DNA of 64,000 bases from Octopus bimaculoides (GCF_001194135.2 NC_068984.1:103651845-103715844), one strand, 5' to 3'. Numbered from the stretch's first letter, positions 12,363 to 26,770 are shown. A program made the numbers and translations. The notes: a model not told the origin generated them from the letters alone.

Positions 12363-12547
12363 CAGTAATCCCTCACCATATCCTGGTTCACCTATCGCGC
12401 ACTCAGTACATCACGGTTCACCTATCCTGGACTCCTTAGTACATCGTGGGTTTCTGTGGCCAATAGGTATTTATATTTTTTTTAGATTTTAATTATTTCT
12501 GTGGGAGGTTTTGGAACATAACAGTCACAATAGTCAAGGGATTACTG
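12363..12547. mobile_element. Tigger/pogo-type MITE
   Basis: Perfect TIR CAGTAATCCCT...AGGGATTACTG flanked by TA on both sides; internal tandem duplication ggttcacctatc...agtacatc. Confidence 0.8.
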
Positions 12548-14671
12548 TACTCTTTTACTACTTTGGGACAGAGAACACCCTAAATTCAGTCCGAGATGAC
12601 CAGTATTTATAATGTAGCAGCAAGGCCACAAAGTTTATACAGTCTGGAACAAGTTGATTCTATTAAACTCAATATTTTACTGTTTTTTTTTTGTATTGCC
12701 GAACCCTGAACAATGGAAAACTAATTATTCAGGCTCATCAGGACCGATGGAAACTATGCTATGACTTGGTACAAATGCTAGCACCAGATAGGACCCCATT
12801 AAAGGTACACATAAGCCAGGTGGAGGTTTTAAGCCAAATACAGCAACCCTGCACTCTGCTTCCACATAGTTTTCATCTACTAGGCTATTGCAGAAGACAC
12901 TAAAGGAACCACATTGTTAGACTCCAAACTCCATGGAATGGTGAAGCAAATTTATTCACTTATACAGCCATGTCTGCCCTTTTAATTTTAATTCTAAAAC
13001 TAAGTTGGTTGAATTTATTAGCACCTCTGCTGCTAATTCTGCACAAGATTATGAATATTAGGTATTGCTAAAGCCAATTGCTTCAAATATTTCTTGTATT
13101 TCCATTTAAGTCCTACAGTTCTTGATAAGAAGAAGGATTTATATGAACATTACTGAACATTTTTTTAATATCAACCTGCTTGCGACCATTTTTAATAAAG
13201 TGGTTTAAATTAAAACCTTCCATCAAAATTTCATGTTCTGTTCCAAACTTGAGCTTACTAATATCAGTTATTTTTCTAAATTCTTCATTTTTCTAAATTA
13301 ATTGAAACAAAAGCAGTGTACTTGTGTGGAAATATAGTAACAAGAGTTACAACTATCTATCTTTGAAACTTGTTTTATGAAACGTATAATATACTGTTAT
13401 AATGCTTTCAAAATTATTAAGTATGGTTTCTAAAAACTAGCTTTGTACATCTCTCTCAGAATACTTTTTTCTCTCCAAACTATTCTTCTTCATGCTTAAG
13501 CAGCGTTTCTGCTGCTTTTCTTTACCAATTTTTAAAATCTTTTTTCATTCATAAAGATTAACTTTCTGAATCCTATATACAGTATTATTTGTATAAAGGG
13601 CTAGACTTTTAATTAAGAGCAAAATATTTTAATCTAAACACATTCAAAGTTATGTGTATTCTATATATCAGTGGTTTCCGAACCATTTCAGACTCCCACC
13701 TCTTGGCATCCTCTTCGCACTCCTAGCACCACCTACTCGTGACCACAAACATAGACCTCTTTCCATTGCAAATTCAAAACAACTGTGTTTCACAAATAAA
13801 ACTTAACCTAATTGACCCATTATTTTGTTGTTACAATATGAAAGACTAATCTTACATCCCACCTGTAACTACATTGTTTTCATATTTTTAATGCAATAGA
13901 TGTACATTATGCAGGGATATCAGCTCCTCAGTGTCTGACTGAAAGGTACTAAAAAGTAGTCTTAGCTGCCGGCATTCAATAATTTTTAGTTTGTTTCTTT
14001 GCTCAGAAAAAAATCTGGACAACTCCACTGAAGCACTGCTCTACAAAACATGCTGTTGAGAAGGCAATAAAGTACATTTTGACTTTGTCCCACAATGCAG
14101 AGTAGCAGTCAGAAAGGTCCTTTTGCAATCAAAAATCTGGACATGATTTTTTATAACTTTAGTTTCAGCTCAATGTCATTTTAAAGTGAAATCAGTTCTT
14201 CCACTATTCTTGTTTCCTCGTTACTGATATCTAGGAACCACCCAGACTGGCATTTTAATCAAAAATAATATCCTAAAATCTATCAAATATGTCTCTGTGC
14301 AGCTCATCCAGGTGTGAACAATACACTTGAATACCATTTGGTATGTGCTTTTCCTTCTCCAATTCAGAGAGGCTCAGCAACTGGAAGGAATTAGCAATAG
14401 TTTGTTAAATTTGAATAGCTGTTACTTTGGACAGAAACATGGAGAGGGCTCGTTTTACTTTGGTAAGATTTAATCTCATTTCCTTGCAGTTGCAAATTAA
14501 CTTCATTGAACTTTGGGTGGGAATATATCTGTCATATAGGACAGAATAAGTCTTGCAAGAATTCAACAACTGTTTTAATGAAGAGAATAGAAACTTTCAG
14601 GCAGTTTCCTTTTGACAGCCATTGAACTTCTGTGTGCAACAACAAACATTCATAATCGTTATCATTCTTAG

Positions 14672-14883
14672 TACAAGATGGTATCAAAAAGTTCCTGATC
14701 TAATTCTTTAGCACACCAACAGATGGCAACACATGTTTGTATGTGCAGTGAGGGAGAGCTAGCAGTGACCTTCATGAGGCAATGTGCCAAGTGACAAAAC
14801 ATAAACCTGCCAAGTTTCCAAACATAAATTTGAAAAACAAAAACAATCAGTGAATTCCAGTTCAAACTCTATGATAATGTGTA
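14672..14883. mobile_element. Possible mariner-derived MITE
   Basis: Left end tacaagatggtatcaaaaagttcc with internal caccaacagatggcaacac typical of mariner ends; degenerate inverted right end. Confidence 0.4.
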
Positions 14884-17227
14884 CTCTACCAATTCTAAAA
14901 AAATTATGGTAATAATTTATATTTAAAATGGTTACATTAATCAATGTATGAGTTTGTTGTGTCAGGCCTCTTTTTTAAAAAACAAATGGACAAATTCTGA
15001 TTACTATTACATTCATAAAATCCATTAAAATAATTGTACACTTCTTTACTTAGAATTAAAGTCAAAATACCAAATTATGGAAGATATGAAGAATTTTTTA
15101 CCTTTACCCTGAATTTGGTGGTGGGGGGCTAAATCTTAACAGATTACTTCTCCATTCAGTATTGTTTAAGGATTTTGGCTTGTAGAATGACCACTAGTTT
15201 CATCACTGATACCAAATATATGTGTGCGTGTTTGTGTGAAAAAGAGATGACAAAGGAATAAATGATTCCTTTGTCATCTCTTTCTTATTACTGATATATA
15301 CTCAGCTAACACTTTGATCCAAAACACATATATTGAGTTCTACATCAGGTTATTTGTCATTGATGTTGTTTTTGTCATTCTAGGGAATTCTCTTAGGTAT
15401 TTTAGAACCAGCTTTACTGATAAACATTCCATGTTTTTTATTGTTTTTTTTTTTTATGTTCTTGCTTCAAGTTAATGTTCTTAAAACAGTTTTCAGATTG
15501 ATTTTTAAGCTCTATTTTCTAAACCTGAGTACCACTGAAAAATAGAGGGTGGGGAGCATTGCTATCCATTGCCCCAGTTTTCTTCAACGTCCTTGCTGAA
15601 TCTTTCAGCGACCCACTTCGGGGACCAATGTCTTATACCAATGTAGTTTTTAAGAAGTTTATTTCAGTCTTATGGATTGTTTGTCACTAACTTAATATTT
15701 GCATTGTCATAGTTTCTTCCATCAGCAAAAGGTCAATTATTGATAATTTATTAACTGACTGGAACAATAGTCAACTCCAGTTGGGTTGGAACATAGCACT
15801 ATTCAATAAGAAATTGTTCCTGCCTTGTGTTCTGCTGAGTGGGCAGTACCCATGAATATTTTGATATTAACAAATGATTTTGGAGTTATTTATTTTACCA
15901 TTTGGAAACCTTTCTAAATGCCAGCCATCTTTTAGTATTAAACTAGAGCATGTAGTGTTAATTAAAGGGATAAAATGGCCAGACAGATATTAATATTAGT
16001 CAACTAGCTTATGTATAATATATTAAAATCTGCTACAGTTGTTTGTCTTTGAGTAAGACATTTTCTGTACCTCTAGTTTTAAGACAGCATGATATTTTCT
16101 TTACTTCTGTTAAGTGCTAGAGGTACAGTCCGTCGAAGATCTGGTAAAAAGGAAAAAAAAAAAACATCCTTGCCAAAGGCAAATTTCCTTCTCATATGAT
16201 TATCATTTAAACGTGAAAACTTCATGTATGTGTGTATAGATCATGGAAGTAGGAAGGCAACAATACTACTTGATAAATGCCTTGAAATATTTTTTAATTA
16301 CATCTAGCATTCAAAGTTAAATTCTGTTGTGATTATTTTTCAGTTGATAATATAAATCACCTCCTGAGGTCAATTTGGCTTTATAAAACAGATCTATGGC
16401 CTTGTACCAATATAAGAAATTATGACCATTAAGCAGCTTGCCAAATGCTAGAGTGCAGTTGGCACTTTAGCTAACCAGTTATAAGGTGGATTTTATATCA
16501 GGAGAATCTCTTTTTTGTATTTCTACATCTTGAACAAAAGTCAAGTTTAGCTGGACACTACAAAAAGATAGTGGATTTTTATTCCAAATGTATTAGTATT
16601 GGTCTGGTCCATACCAGCATGGAAAGCAAACATTAAGTAATAATGATGTCTAAAAATAAACAAGTCATGACAAATGACTCGCAGATTGTCAATATGTATC
16701 CTCCGTTGTCTCTTCTATTGCTTCTTTGACAACCTTTGTTCCTCTCAATATATTCTGCTATGACCTAGACACATCAATTCAATACAGTTTGCATTGCTGC
16801 AATTGTGTCACGTCACATTAACCTGGACATTTTCTTAGTTTTTATCTCCATTCATTTTCATTTTGTTTCCATCTGCCTACAACCCAACATTATTTCAAAA
16901 CTCTTATTTTATTCACACCAGTTATTTCCCACTTCCAGTCTCAGAACTTCTAAAATTATTGTAGAAGCTATGTGTTCTTAATGTTAACTTCTTTAAATCA
17001 CTGAAAGTCGGAAAAAGAAGCCTCTTGTATGTATGTTTGTATATGCCTGTTGTATTCATGCGTCTGGTCATGGGAAAATATGAACTTACTTGGGAGAAAG
17101 TGAAGGTTGGTGACAAGAAAAGCATAGAAAATCTGTATCAATAAAACTTTGCACAACCCATACAAGCATAAAAAATAGACGTTAAAATATGTATTCATCA
17201 TTATTGCTTTTATGCATACTTTATCAT

Positions 17228-17352
17228 GAAGACTTTAGTTGGCCCAGGGTTATTGTAGAAGGCTTTTGCCCATGGTTACACACAGTGAGACTGAATCTGA
17301 AACCACATGGTTGGGAAGCGAACTTCTTAACCACTCAGCCATACTGTGCTTG
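17228..17352 (-). mobile_element. SINE family A head fragment
   Basis: Reverse complement aligns to the family A head/core. Confidence 0.6.
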
Positions 17353-17407
17353 TATACCTACATGTGTGTGTGTATATATGTTTGTGTACATATATGTGTA
17401 TGTATGC

Positions 17408-17477
<70 letters not shown>

Positions 17478-17519
17478 CAAGATAAGTGGCATGCCCACCA
17501 CAACAGATTGATATCCTAA

Positions 17520-17742
17520 AACCAAGGTGTCATGTAAAAAGCATTGGTGTGGGTGCTAGTGCCATGTATATAAAAAGCACCCGGTACACTCTGTAAAGTG
17601 GTTGGTATTAAGAAGGGCATCCATAGAAACCAAGCCAAAACAGACCATGGTACCTGGTGCAATCCCTGGCCTTGCCATTCCCTGTCAAGCCATCCAACCC
17701 ATGCCAGCATGGAAAACAGGCATTAAATGTTGTTGATGATTA
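17520..17742 (+). mobile_element. RTE LINE 3' UTR fragment
   Basis: gttggtattaagaagggcatcca...ccaacccatgccagcatggaaaacaggcattaaatgttgttgatgat; matches 32220-32410. Confidence 0.7.
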
Positions 17743-18138
17743 TATATAGAAAATAAATATAGTTAAGGACAAAAGAGAGATTTTTCTTTTAATATGCACA
17801 GTAATACTAAACATACATTTGTAAATACCATTTAAAAAGTAGGATTACCAAAAAGTTCTCTCCCAACTCTGAGGCCTTTGCAGATCCAACAAGCATGCTA
17901 TTTTACCAACTGAATATCAATAAAACTGCAATAAAAGTTAGGATACATGGGCCAATGTAGTTGTCTCAATCTCAAAATAACTGCTAAACTGTCCTTAAGC
18001 ATTATCTATTCTTTTGTGAGAGAAGGGATACAATGGGCAATATAGTCTTGGATACAGAAATATGGCAATGGTCAAGGCTGAAATGTATTTGCAACTTGAT
18101 CTAGAGTAAGGGCTGATTTGTTGCTAAGCAACAATTAA

Positions 18139-18357
18139 CCTTTCTGATACCAACTCTCCTTAGATTGGCATTCACTCTATGATATAAACTTTCTAAACTA
18201 AGTGATCTAAGTTTATAATCTATCAAAACTTCCTGTTAATTTATGTTCCAAATACTAGCTTTAATAATAATGAAGTTATTTTCACTAAATTCCTCAATAT
18301 TTTCAACATCAGTTGAAATAATGGCAGTGTATGTTGACAAATATAGTAACAAAAGGG
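18139..18357. mobile_element. Old piggyBac-type MITE (same family as 50168)
   Basis: ttaa-ccttt...gtaacaaaaggg-tttaa ends; internal similarity to 50168-50386. Confidence 0.55.
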
Positions 18358-18689
18358 TTTAAGGAGTACACCAATTATCTGAATAGTGAGGGATTACTTT
18401 TTAATGGTTCCATGATATGATTCCTCATAGAAGCTAGTATGTTCTCTGTTTACGTAAATTTCACTTTTACTCCCACTCTAGCAAGATTTTTTAGTTTGAT
18501 TGTATTTATTTTATAAACAAAAGTTGACCACCAAGAAATATGAAGTAAGCTCTGTACCATAGCTTAGAAATTTATACAAGAATTATGTATATATAATTGT
18601 TTTGCTGAATGGGTTGGATGCTTCAACAGGATTTAATGGGTCAGTGGACCACATTTCACTCCAATGTCCCATTTTTGGCATTGTTTCAT

Positions 18690-19105
18690 CATCATCATCA
18701 TCATTTAATGTCCAATTTACAATGCTTGCATGGGTCAGATGGAATTTAAGGCAGATTTTCTACAGCCAAACATCATTTCTGTCATCAAACCTCACTTGTT
18801 TCCAAGCCAGATAATATTTCCCCATGGCCAGACATGTTTTTTGCATAAGACTGGAAATGAACCACTTATAAAACAAAGGATATTTACAAACATGATATAT
18901 AAACAAGGGTACACACACACACACACACACAATAGGCTTTTAACTCCAGCCCTTTTTTTGACCATTGCTATTATTCCATTTCTAATATAGTAAAAGATAC
19001 ACACAATGCACACCATAGGCTTCTACACAGTTTCTATCTACCAAATTTTATTCTCATGAAGTGGGGTGGAACTCAGGACCATGTGGCTATAATGCATGCT
19101 TCTTT
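18690..19105 (-). mobile_element. SINE family A2 (A head, internal (AC)n, RTE-type tail)
   Basis: (CAT)n-tttaatgtcc...tgcttgcatgggtcagatgg at left, (AC)n at about 18912-18930, A head remnant at about 19010-19105. Confidence 0.6.
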
Positions 19106-19381
19106 AGATTACACATGACTAGTGTATCAATTTCAAACTATCAAGTCTTTGGCAATGTTTGTTCTTAGAACTAGCTCTGGGCCCATTAGCATTTATTAAA
19201 ATTTAAACTGGCTATCTAGTAAGTGTTGAACATTAATGAAATAAAATTGTAAAAAATTAAGAGCAAAAAGGGGATAAAATTTTGAATTAGTAATTAAAAA
19301 TAATTTCATATTAATTATTAGGCCAACTTCTAAGTCATCAAATCTGTTAAATGCACAAGCCAAGTAAGGAACCCCTTGTAT

Positions 19382-19675
19382 CAGTTCTCAAGCATTTTTT
19401 ATCTATGGATCCCTTTGATTACTATTTTATTCTGGTGGACCCCCATAACCATTTGATGTTTAAAAACAAGTTCCTATTTTGTTTGTCACACATTAACTTG
19501 TTGGTTGAACTATGTAAAATGTCAAAGAAACTTAGCTGTTTCTTGCAATAAATACCAATACATCTAAAGAAATAGCTTTTCAGGGGCCCTTAAAATACTA
19601 TTTTGGATCCCTAATTTACAATTTTGTTATGTGGACCCCCCAAAATCTTATATGGACCCTGGTTGAGAACCACTG
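19382..19675. mobile_element. hAT-type MITE
   Basis: Right TIR GGTTGAGAACCACTG, degenerate left TIR, candidate 8-bp TSD ccttgtat/ccctttat; internal similarity to 34294-34978. Confidence 0.65.
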
Positions 19676-19821
19676 CCCTTTATGATAATTCCACCCATTT
19701 GTCTTTTTTAAATACTGAATGTTTGGTCCAAATTAATGGTTATTCTGAGGGACACTAAACGAATATTTTATATGGTTGTCTAGAGAATTTCTCTTGCCTC
19801 TCTTTCCTTCACCCAATATAT

Positions 19822-19985
19822 GATGGACTTCTTTCAGTTTCTGTCTACCAAATCCACTAACAAGACCTTGGTCAGTATAGGGCTATGGTAGAAGACACCC
19901 ACCAAAGGTGTCATGCAATAGGACTGAACCCAGAACTATGTGACTGAGAAGCAAACTTAATCACACAGCCATATTTGTGCCTGTA
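19822..19985 (-). mobile_element. SINE family A 5' half
   Basis: gatggacttctttcagtttctgtctaccaaatccact...gactgaaccc...cacacagccat. Confidence 0.7.
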
Positions 19986-20170
19986 TGTGTGTTTGTTGTT
20001 AGGTTACCTTATCACCATGGAAAGATGTTTCTATATTGCTGTTCATGGAAGTTATGCTAATACAGTTTGCAGAAGTGTCAAGGCTGTATATGGCTAACCC
20101 ATTTGTAGAAGGTTAAGTAGGAGTGAAGGTTGATGTATATGTGGCTAAAAATAACAAGTTACAGTATTAA

Positions 20171-20377
20171 CCCTTTAGCATTTAAACCAACCAAAATAAT
20201 CTCCTTATTTTATTTTCAAACTGGCCAGATCTGGCCTCTGACACCTATCCTGTAATGTCATTCTAAAAATAAACAATCACACCATTGAAATCAAGTTACA
20301 AGGTAATGTATGGTTAATTCAAATCAATGCGAATAAATACTCATGACATTTGACAGAGATACTTCAATGCTAAAGGG
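20171..20377. mobile_element. piggyBac-type MITE, family P2
   Basis: TTAA-CCCTTTAGCATT...AATGCTAAAGGG-cTTAA, a 12-bp TIR. Confidence 0.75.
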
Positions 20378-20630
20378 CTTAAAGAATGTAGGAAACGACA
20401 AACTCCTAGGACACATATGTTGTGATGGCAGGAAACAACATCCACCACCACCTTTTAAAATGTTGATTCTTTACTTAAAAAATATTTCTCAGTCTTTATG
20501 CCCAATAAATGCTACAGACATAGCTAGAAAATGTCCAACTCAACAACCAGTCACAACTGACAAACCAGTAGATAACTGTTTATATGGACATGTGTGTGTG
20601 TACACATATACATACATACATACATACATA

Positions 20631-21590
20631 CAAGGGTTGTACTGAAAGTAATGCAAAAGAGGTATAACTTTTTTTTATTGATCTAGGTCATAAAAATAGC
20701 TCATGTTAGTAGAATATCTCTTCTATACAAAGGTACTACTCAACTTAGGTCTCCATCACAAACAATACATTTGTGCTATAAATCCCCCCAAACTCTTGGA
20801 ACCTCTGTGAAAAGATTCAGGTGTGCACTGTTAAACCTGCTTCTTCAGTCACTTTTACCTCATCCATGTCATCAAATCATTATCCCCAAAGACCACTGAC
20901 CAGTCTAATTCATTGCCAAAGGTGTTTGTAAATGGTGAACAAGGATAGTTTTCATCTTGATGACTTCTCTTAAGCTTTTTAGTGTCTCAATATACCACTC
21001 AGTGTTTGCAGTATGACCACATTCCACAAAAAAATTTAGAATTATGCAATTGTCATCCCCCCACAAAAAAGACACCATAACTTATTTTCCAACCACTGGC
21101 TTTTAAACTTCTTAAGCCTTGTAGAAGAAATGCAGTGGCATTCCATGGACTATACCATCATGCCAGACCATAAAGATATGCCTAAGTTTCATCACCTATC
21201 GTAAGGCTACAAAAAATGTCTTCATTGGCTTCAAATGCTTCCAGCAGATTACAGCAGACATCTATTTCAAATTGAGTGTCAACTGCTAATTTACCTGCTT
21301 TGCACACACTTTCTGACACTCAAAGTCTTCCATCACCTTTTGTAATACAATTGTGACTACAGACCAGTTAGACATCAAGCTCACAGACTGTGATTCTTCT
21401 ATCCATTCACTCACTGGCAATTTGTGTCAGTAGAAACTGTTGATCTTTGACTGCATGGTTTCCTTCAGTGCTGGTTCCCCAGTCTATAAATTTCTTCATC
21501 CATCTTTGCTCATTCTTGTCAATGCTGTCACCTCTATAAACAACCTGGAACTCAAAGACAACACATTACAAATTCCTCACCAACGCTTTT
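20631..21590 (-). mobile_element. Decayed mariner transposon (one TIR, fragmented transposase)
   Basis: TA-caagggttgtactgaaagtaatgcaaaag TIR. Minus-strand fragments resemble RITVCEL, KVCAK(WVP), TIGDET(W), SMEW and a C-terminal HKCIVCDGD; many stops. Confidence 0.65.
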
Positions 21591-22634
21591 TTTTCTTTTT
21601 TCTTTTGATGTAAAATGGTTATATACAACCAGTTTAAATGCTAAAAGATTAAACCATGCTAAGTGTTTGCACTATGACAAGAGTGTTAAAACAAGTGTTA
21701 TCTCACCCCTGTGTTGAAGTAACTACAAAATTAATTCATTCTCATACTTTTTTGGGCACTGCATTGTTGTACAATAGTTTTCGTGGTGACTAAAGTTTAT
21801 GCAGTGATTTATTGTTTCCATCAATTTGGAATTTTTTGGCTTGGTGCAAGTTAATAGGTTGGTTGAGTAATTGTGAAAATAACAGGTCTGCCAAAGGTGG
21901 TGATTTCAGTATCCATTCATCCATCTTCTCTGCGCATTATTCCTGGGGTGGAGTGGGGGTTTAGAGTCCTCAGGAACCTCCTCTATAGGATCCTATCAGA
22001 AGCAGCTGTCATTAAACTTTCTGGCTGGATTCCCAAGTGTGACCAACTGAGACTATGGATAATCCAACCATCTCAATATTGGCCTTCCAGTTGGCTCAGC
22101 TTGAATCTATTTTGTGATTCTAACCACTTACCTATATTTCAGTATTAATCTGTAATTCTCCTAAGCCTCAGCATTTCATTGAAATATGCCCTAAAATTTA
22201 GGGCTTAAATTAAATCTAGAATCTCACAGCAGTTCTACTAACAATAAAGTGAGGTTGGTAATAGCTACAAATGTTGCCCACCTCCAGTCAATATCTCTGC
22301 ACTGGAATCTGACCTGGGTGTCGCAAGCATTTAGCTATTTCTGGTTTTCATTATACCCTTACTTTGTTTACACATATATTTGAGTTCTGCAATAAACAGT
22401 TTTTACTGCACTTAGAAGTAAAAAGATGTCATGTATACTGACACACAGAGGCTCTCTTGTTTGTTGGTAAGGATTTATGCTGAAAGAAAATGACACTTTA
22501 TAATCATTTTACAGTAAAAGTTATATACATGATTTGTGCCAGCAAAAGAAAATCAGGTCATTATTTTAGTTCATTTTTATAACAGTTAGCAATGGTAGAG
22601 GCCTGGCCTGTAAGAGCCATATGAAAACTGTATA

Positions 22635-22832
22635 TTCTTTTATTCTTTTACTCATTTGTCATTTGACTGCAGCCATGCTGGAGCACTGTCTTGATGGGTT
22701 TTTAGTCAAACAAATTGGTTCTAGTACTTATTATATTGGCCTCTTTTGCTAAACTGCTAAGTTACAGGGACACAACAACACCAGTTATCAAATAGTGATG
22801 GTGGGGGAGATAGACACAGACACACACATAGA
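22635..22832 (-). mobile_element. SINE family A 3' half (split by mariner insertion)
   Basis: atttgactgcagccatgctggagcactg tail...caacaccagttatcaa...(AC)n. Confidence 0.7.
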
Positions 22833-22834
22833 TA

Positions 22835-23707
22835 TCAGGTCATCCCATAAATAATGCAGTTTTTTTATACTTCTGTTATTTTTCAAAATTAAGATACAGT
22901 TCTTTTTTAATCTAAAATATACTCTCCTTCATTTTCTACAATGCTCTTCCATCTATTGGTAGATTTGCAAGGCCCCTCTTCCAAAATTTACTTGTCTGTG
23001 ACAAAAAATACTCCTCCAGTACTGTTCTGACCACATCTACAGAATTCATATTTTTTCTGTCAAAATGATTTTGAAGGCTGCGGAATAAATGATAATCAGA
23101 TGGGGCAATGTCCGGCAAATATGGTGAGTAGGGCATCATTTCCCATTCAAACTGCTCCAGCCTTTGGAATGTCATCCTCACTTATGTAGCCAAGCATTAT
23201 CCTGATGGAAGAACACCTTTTGTCTTGAAACCAAAGATGGTCATTTTGCTTCTAGCACTGACTTGAGTGACATTTATGAAAGGACTTTGTTCCACCAGAG
23301 TTTGCAGGACGTCCTTGTCGAGCTCTACAGATCTTTCAGAATGAGACTTATCTTCTAGGCTGTAGTTTCCGGCTCAGAATTTCTGGAACCACTGTTGACA
23401 CTGGCTTACACTTATTGTCCAGTCCCCATATACTGCTTTAATATTCCTCACACTTTCCTTTGAATTGTTTCCTTTATTGAACGCATAAAGCAAAATATGC
23501 CGAATATGCTCCTTTGTTGCTTCCATTATAGCTTTGTAAAAATAATTGTTAAAATCGAATTGCATTCTTCAGAACTTGCACAAAGAATAAGGACAAGGTA
23601 AAATTACCACCTGCTTTTATAGCAAGTTGATGCAGGTAGTTTATCTCGTCCCTCTCCAAATTTTAGTTCATGCAATTAAAAAAAACCACATTAATGGGAT
23701 GACCCAA
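22835..23707 (-). mobile_element. Internally deleted mariner transposon, 873 bp
   Basis: TIRs tcaggtcatcccataaat / ttaatgggatgacccaa with TA on each side. N-terminal HTH EHIRHILLYAFNKG...QWFQKF; C-terminal FHQDNA and PYSPYLPDIAPSDYHLFRSLQN (YSPDLAPSD motif). Central part including WVPHEL and the first catalytic D is missing. Confidence 0.88.
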
Positions 23708-23751
23708 TATATATATATGTGTGTGTGTGTATAATATATATACACACACAT

Positions 23752-23910
23752 ACGACGGGGTTCTTTCAGTTTCTATCTACCAAATCCACTCAAAAGGTTT
23801 TGGTCAGCCCAAGGCTATAGCAGAAGACACTAGCCTAAGGTATCACACAGTAGAACTGAACCTGTGACCATGTTGTTGGAAAGCAAGCTTCTTACCACAC
23901 AGCCACACCA
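23752..23910 (-). mobile_element. SINE family A 5' half (partner of 22635-22832)
   Basis: acgacggggttctttcagtttctatctaccaaatccact...cttcttaccacacagccac. Confidence 0.72.
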
Positions 23911-24773
23911 AACTTATTTTCCTACTTAGTGCTAATTCTGACAAAACTATACCATCCAAGGACAATATTAAAGGTGTACTTTTAATATGCTTCTTCATGA
24001 CTTCTATCTGTTTTATACCTTTTTCATGATGTATAAACATAAGTTACATTATCATTGAGATATATGGTATTTTACACACACAAAAAAAAAGTAATATTCG
24101 AGGCTGCCTTATGCTCAGTACATCCTATCTCATTCTATCACCATTCCTATCAAAATTTAACTGATATTGAATTAAATGATTTATTCTAACTAAATGAATC
24201 TCACATAAAAATTGACCAAATCTCATTGCTAATTTGTTTTTCATCTTGCAATTAAATTTTTTGACATTATCAGTGAGATGCCATAAGCGACAACCAAATA
24301 TGTAAATTCTTTGGATTTTTTTTTTTTTTGTTTTTATTCCAAATGTTGTGTATATAAACTTGTTGCTCTGGTATGACTTAATCATTCTATTTCTAATATG
24401 ATATGTTGATTAAACTTCCATTTCTCTTTAAAATGGGTTGTTGTTTTTTTTTTGTATGCTTTTCCTGGTTCGCTAACGTCCAATCTTTAAGTCTATGACT
24501 ATTTCTGTTTTCCTCTTCTTTGATATACAGATAATTTTATTTTCAGTTTCTCTTCATCTTACTCTTTCCCACTTTCTTTATCAAGGTTTTCCTTCTAATT
24601 TCTTCAGTGAATCCTCCACAACAGTTGTCTATTTTAATATGTAGAAATAAGACTTTAAACTGTTGCTCTATGGATAAGTTGATTATAATGGCTTAGTGTT
24701 GTGCCTGTAAGCCATTTTTCAAGTTGTGAATTAATCCTATTTAAACATGTTGTGCTCTATCTCCTTTTATGAT

Positions 24774-24807
<34 letters not shown>

Positions 24808-25955
24808 TAAATGTTTATGAATATTGCTTTACTGTTATTCACTATTCCTTCCATCCTTCAAATTCTTTAGGTTATTGGTTACTATAACAGTGTGCTGGCC
24901 CAACACTCTCTCATCTTTTGCCTGGGGAACTGCACTTTCTGTGCCCATGGTGAGAGTTTCATTAGGTCCTGAAGTAATAAAACGCCCTAGTTTTACTACT
25001 ATATGTGCTACAGATAATATGTGACCCAGTAGTATTTTATTTCAAGCAAAGAATTCTCCTGGAGAATTAAGTGTCTTGTCTTCAATTGTCCTTAAATTAC
25101 ATTCACTTACAATATCAATATGAAATATATTTTGAAAATATATTTAACTTTTATTTTTCATGAAGCATTTGTCTTGGTTTGAAATCTAAAACTTCTTTGT
25201 TTCACAATGTCCTTGCTTTCTGCCCATTTCTTCACAGTTTTCAACTTTCTCTTTCCGTCTAATTGTTTTATGTTGAACTAATACTATCTCTCCCTAATCA
25301 CTTCTCTTTGTCTTAATAATTAACTTTAGCAACTCTTAATTATATCTCTAAGCAGTATTATATTAATCTGATTTTTTTTTTCCCCCTCTAAGCATATTAA
25401 TCAATAAAATTAGGATTATTTTAGTTGTCAACAAGGCAATAGTGTAAAGTCTTAGATGAAAACTTTCTGTAGAGCTTCATTATTTCTGTCCCTTTTCTGT
25501 TGGAGAGATTTCTGTAATTTAAACAAGGGTTTAGGGTTCAGGATTATTTCCAAAATTTACTCAAGGAAAAAAAAACCCCATTGATTCCCGTTTCCTCCTG
25601 TCTTTTGGCTTTGATTTTATAAGTGCACTATATTTTTCTTCCAAATGCTAGGTGTAGAAGTCACAAATTCATAATTATAACATAAATTTTTATGAACCTT
25701 TAATATAGAATCTTACTTTTGAGCTGCTTTTAACCCTTTTAAACTTCTGTGATTTTGAACAAAATCATAGAAATAATAGACAAATTTGTCTCTAATCAAA
25801 CTGTACAGTCTTAATAAAGTAAGAACATATTGGATAATGTAGTTTTACATATATTATCTGGAAAAATGATATACTCAAAAACATTCATTGATATTAGCCC
25901 AATCAGAGCTTACATGAAGCTAAACAATAACAACATATTAGACATGGTGTTTTTC

Positions 25956-25990
<35 letters not shown>

Positions 25991-26475
25991 AGCAACTAGA
26001 AGTAGGAAAACATTTCCAACAAATCACAAGATATCAATGTTCCTCAGAACTTGATATTTCCATAATTCTTACATGAACATATGGACACTGATCTATCACT
26101 CAGCATTTCTTTCAACCTTTGTTGTTAAAACTGAGTGACTTTAATCATTAACAAACAACTTGTTAACATCAACAAGATCATTAAAGCTGATTTTTCTTTT
26201 TCTATCTTTCTAATTTATAGAAGTTGTTTAATGATGAAATGATAGAAATAAAAGATATCTTTGTGATTTGCATAAGCTTTTTTTGCAAAATCTGTGTGTA
26301 GAAAACCAGCTATGTTCAGACTGAATACCAGTTTTTATGCAAGTCAAATTTGACCAGTTCCAATGTTAAAGGTTAAAAAATAATTGACATTCTTAACTTT
26401 TAATAAAATCTTTTTCATTTCTTAAAAATTTAATTTCTTGCTATTTCTCAGTTATTTGCTTTAAGTATATCATAA

Positions 26476-26515
<40 letters not shown>

Positions 26516-26604
26516 TCTGCTAATTATTGAATCTACACTGACCTTTCAAAAGTTTTCCTTTTATCTAATGTCAAGGGGAATTGTTTATCATTTCTAATCT
26601 CTCC

Positions 26605-26633
26605 TGCTCTCTCTTTCTCTCTCTCTTTTTCTT

Positions 26634-26674
<41 letters not shown>

Positions 26675-26736
26675 TCATCATCATCATCATCATCATCATC
26701 GTTTAACGTCCGCTTTCCATGCTAGCATGGGTTGGA

Positions 26737-26770
<34 letters not shown>
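26605..26770. repeat. Compound (CT)n-(CAT)n-RTE terminal 60 bp-(TA)n
   Basis: catcatcgtttaacgtccgctttccatgctagcatgggttggac is the reverse complement of the RTE 3' terminus at 32345-32410. Confidence 0.8.

Noticed and set aside
13669-14038. Possible hAT MITE (cagtggtttccgaacc...cactg)
   Set aside because: TIR match is only about 5 bp and there is no convincing 8-bp TSD.
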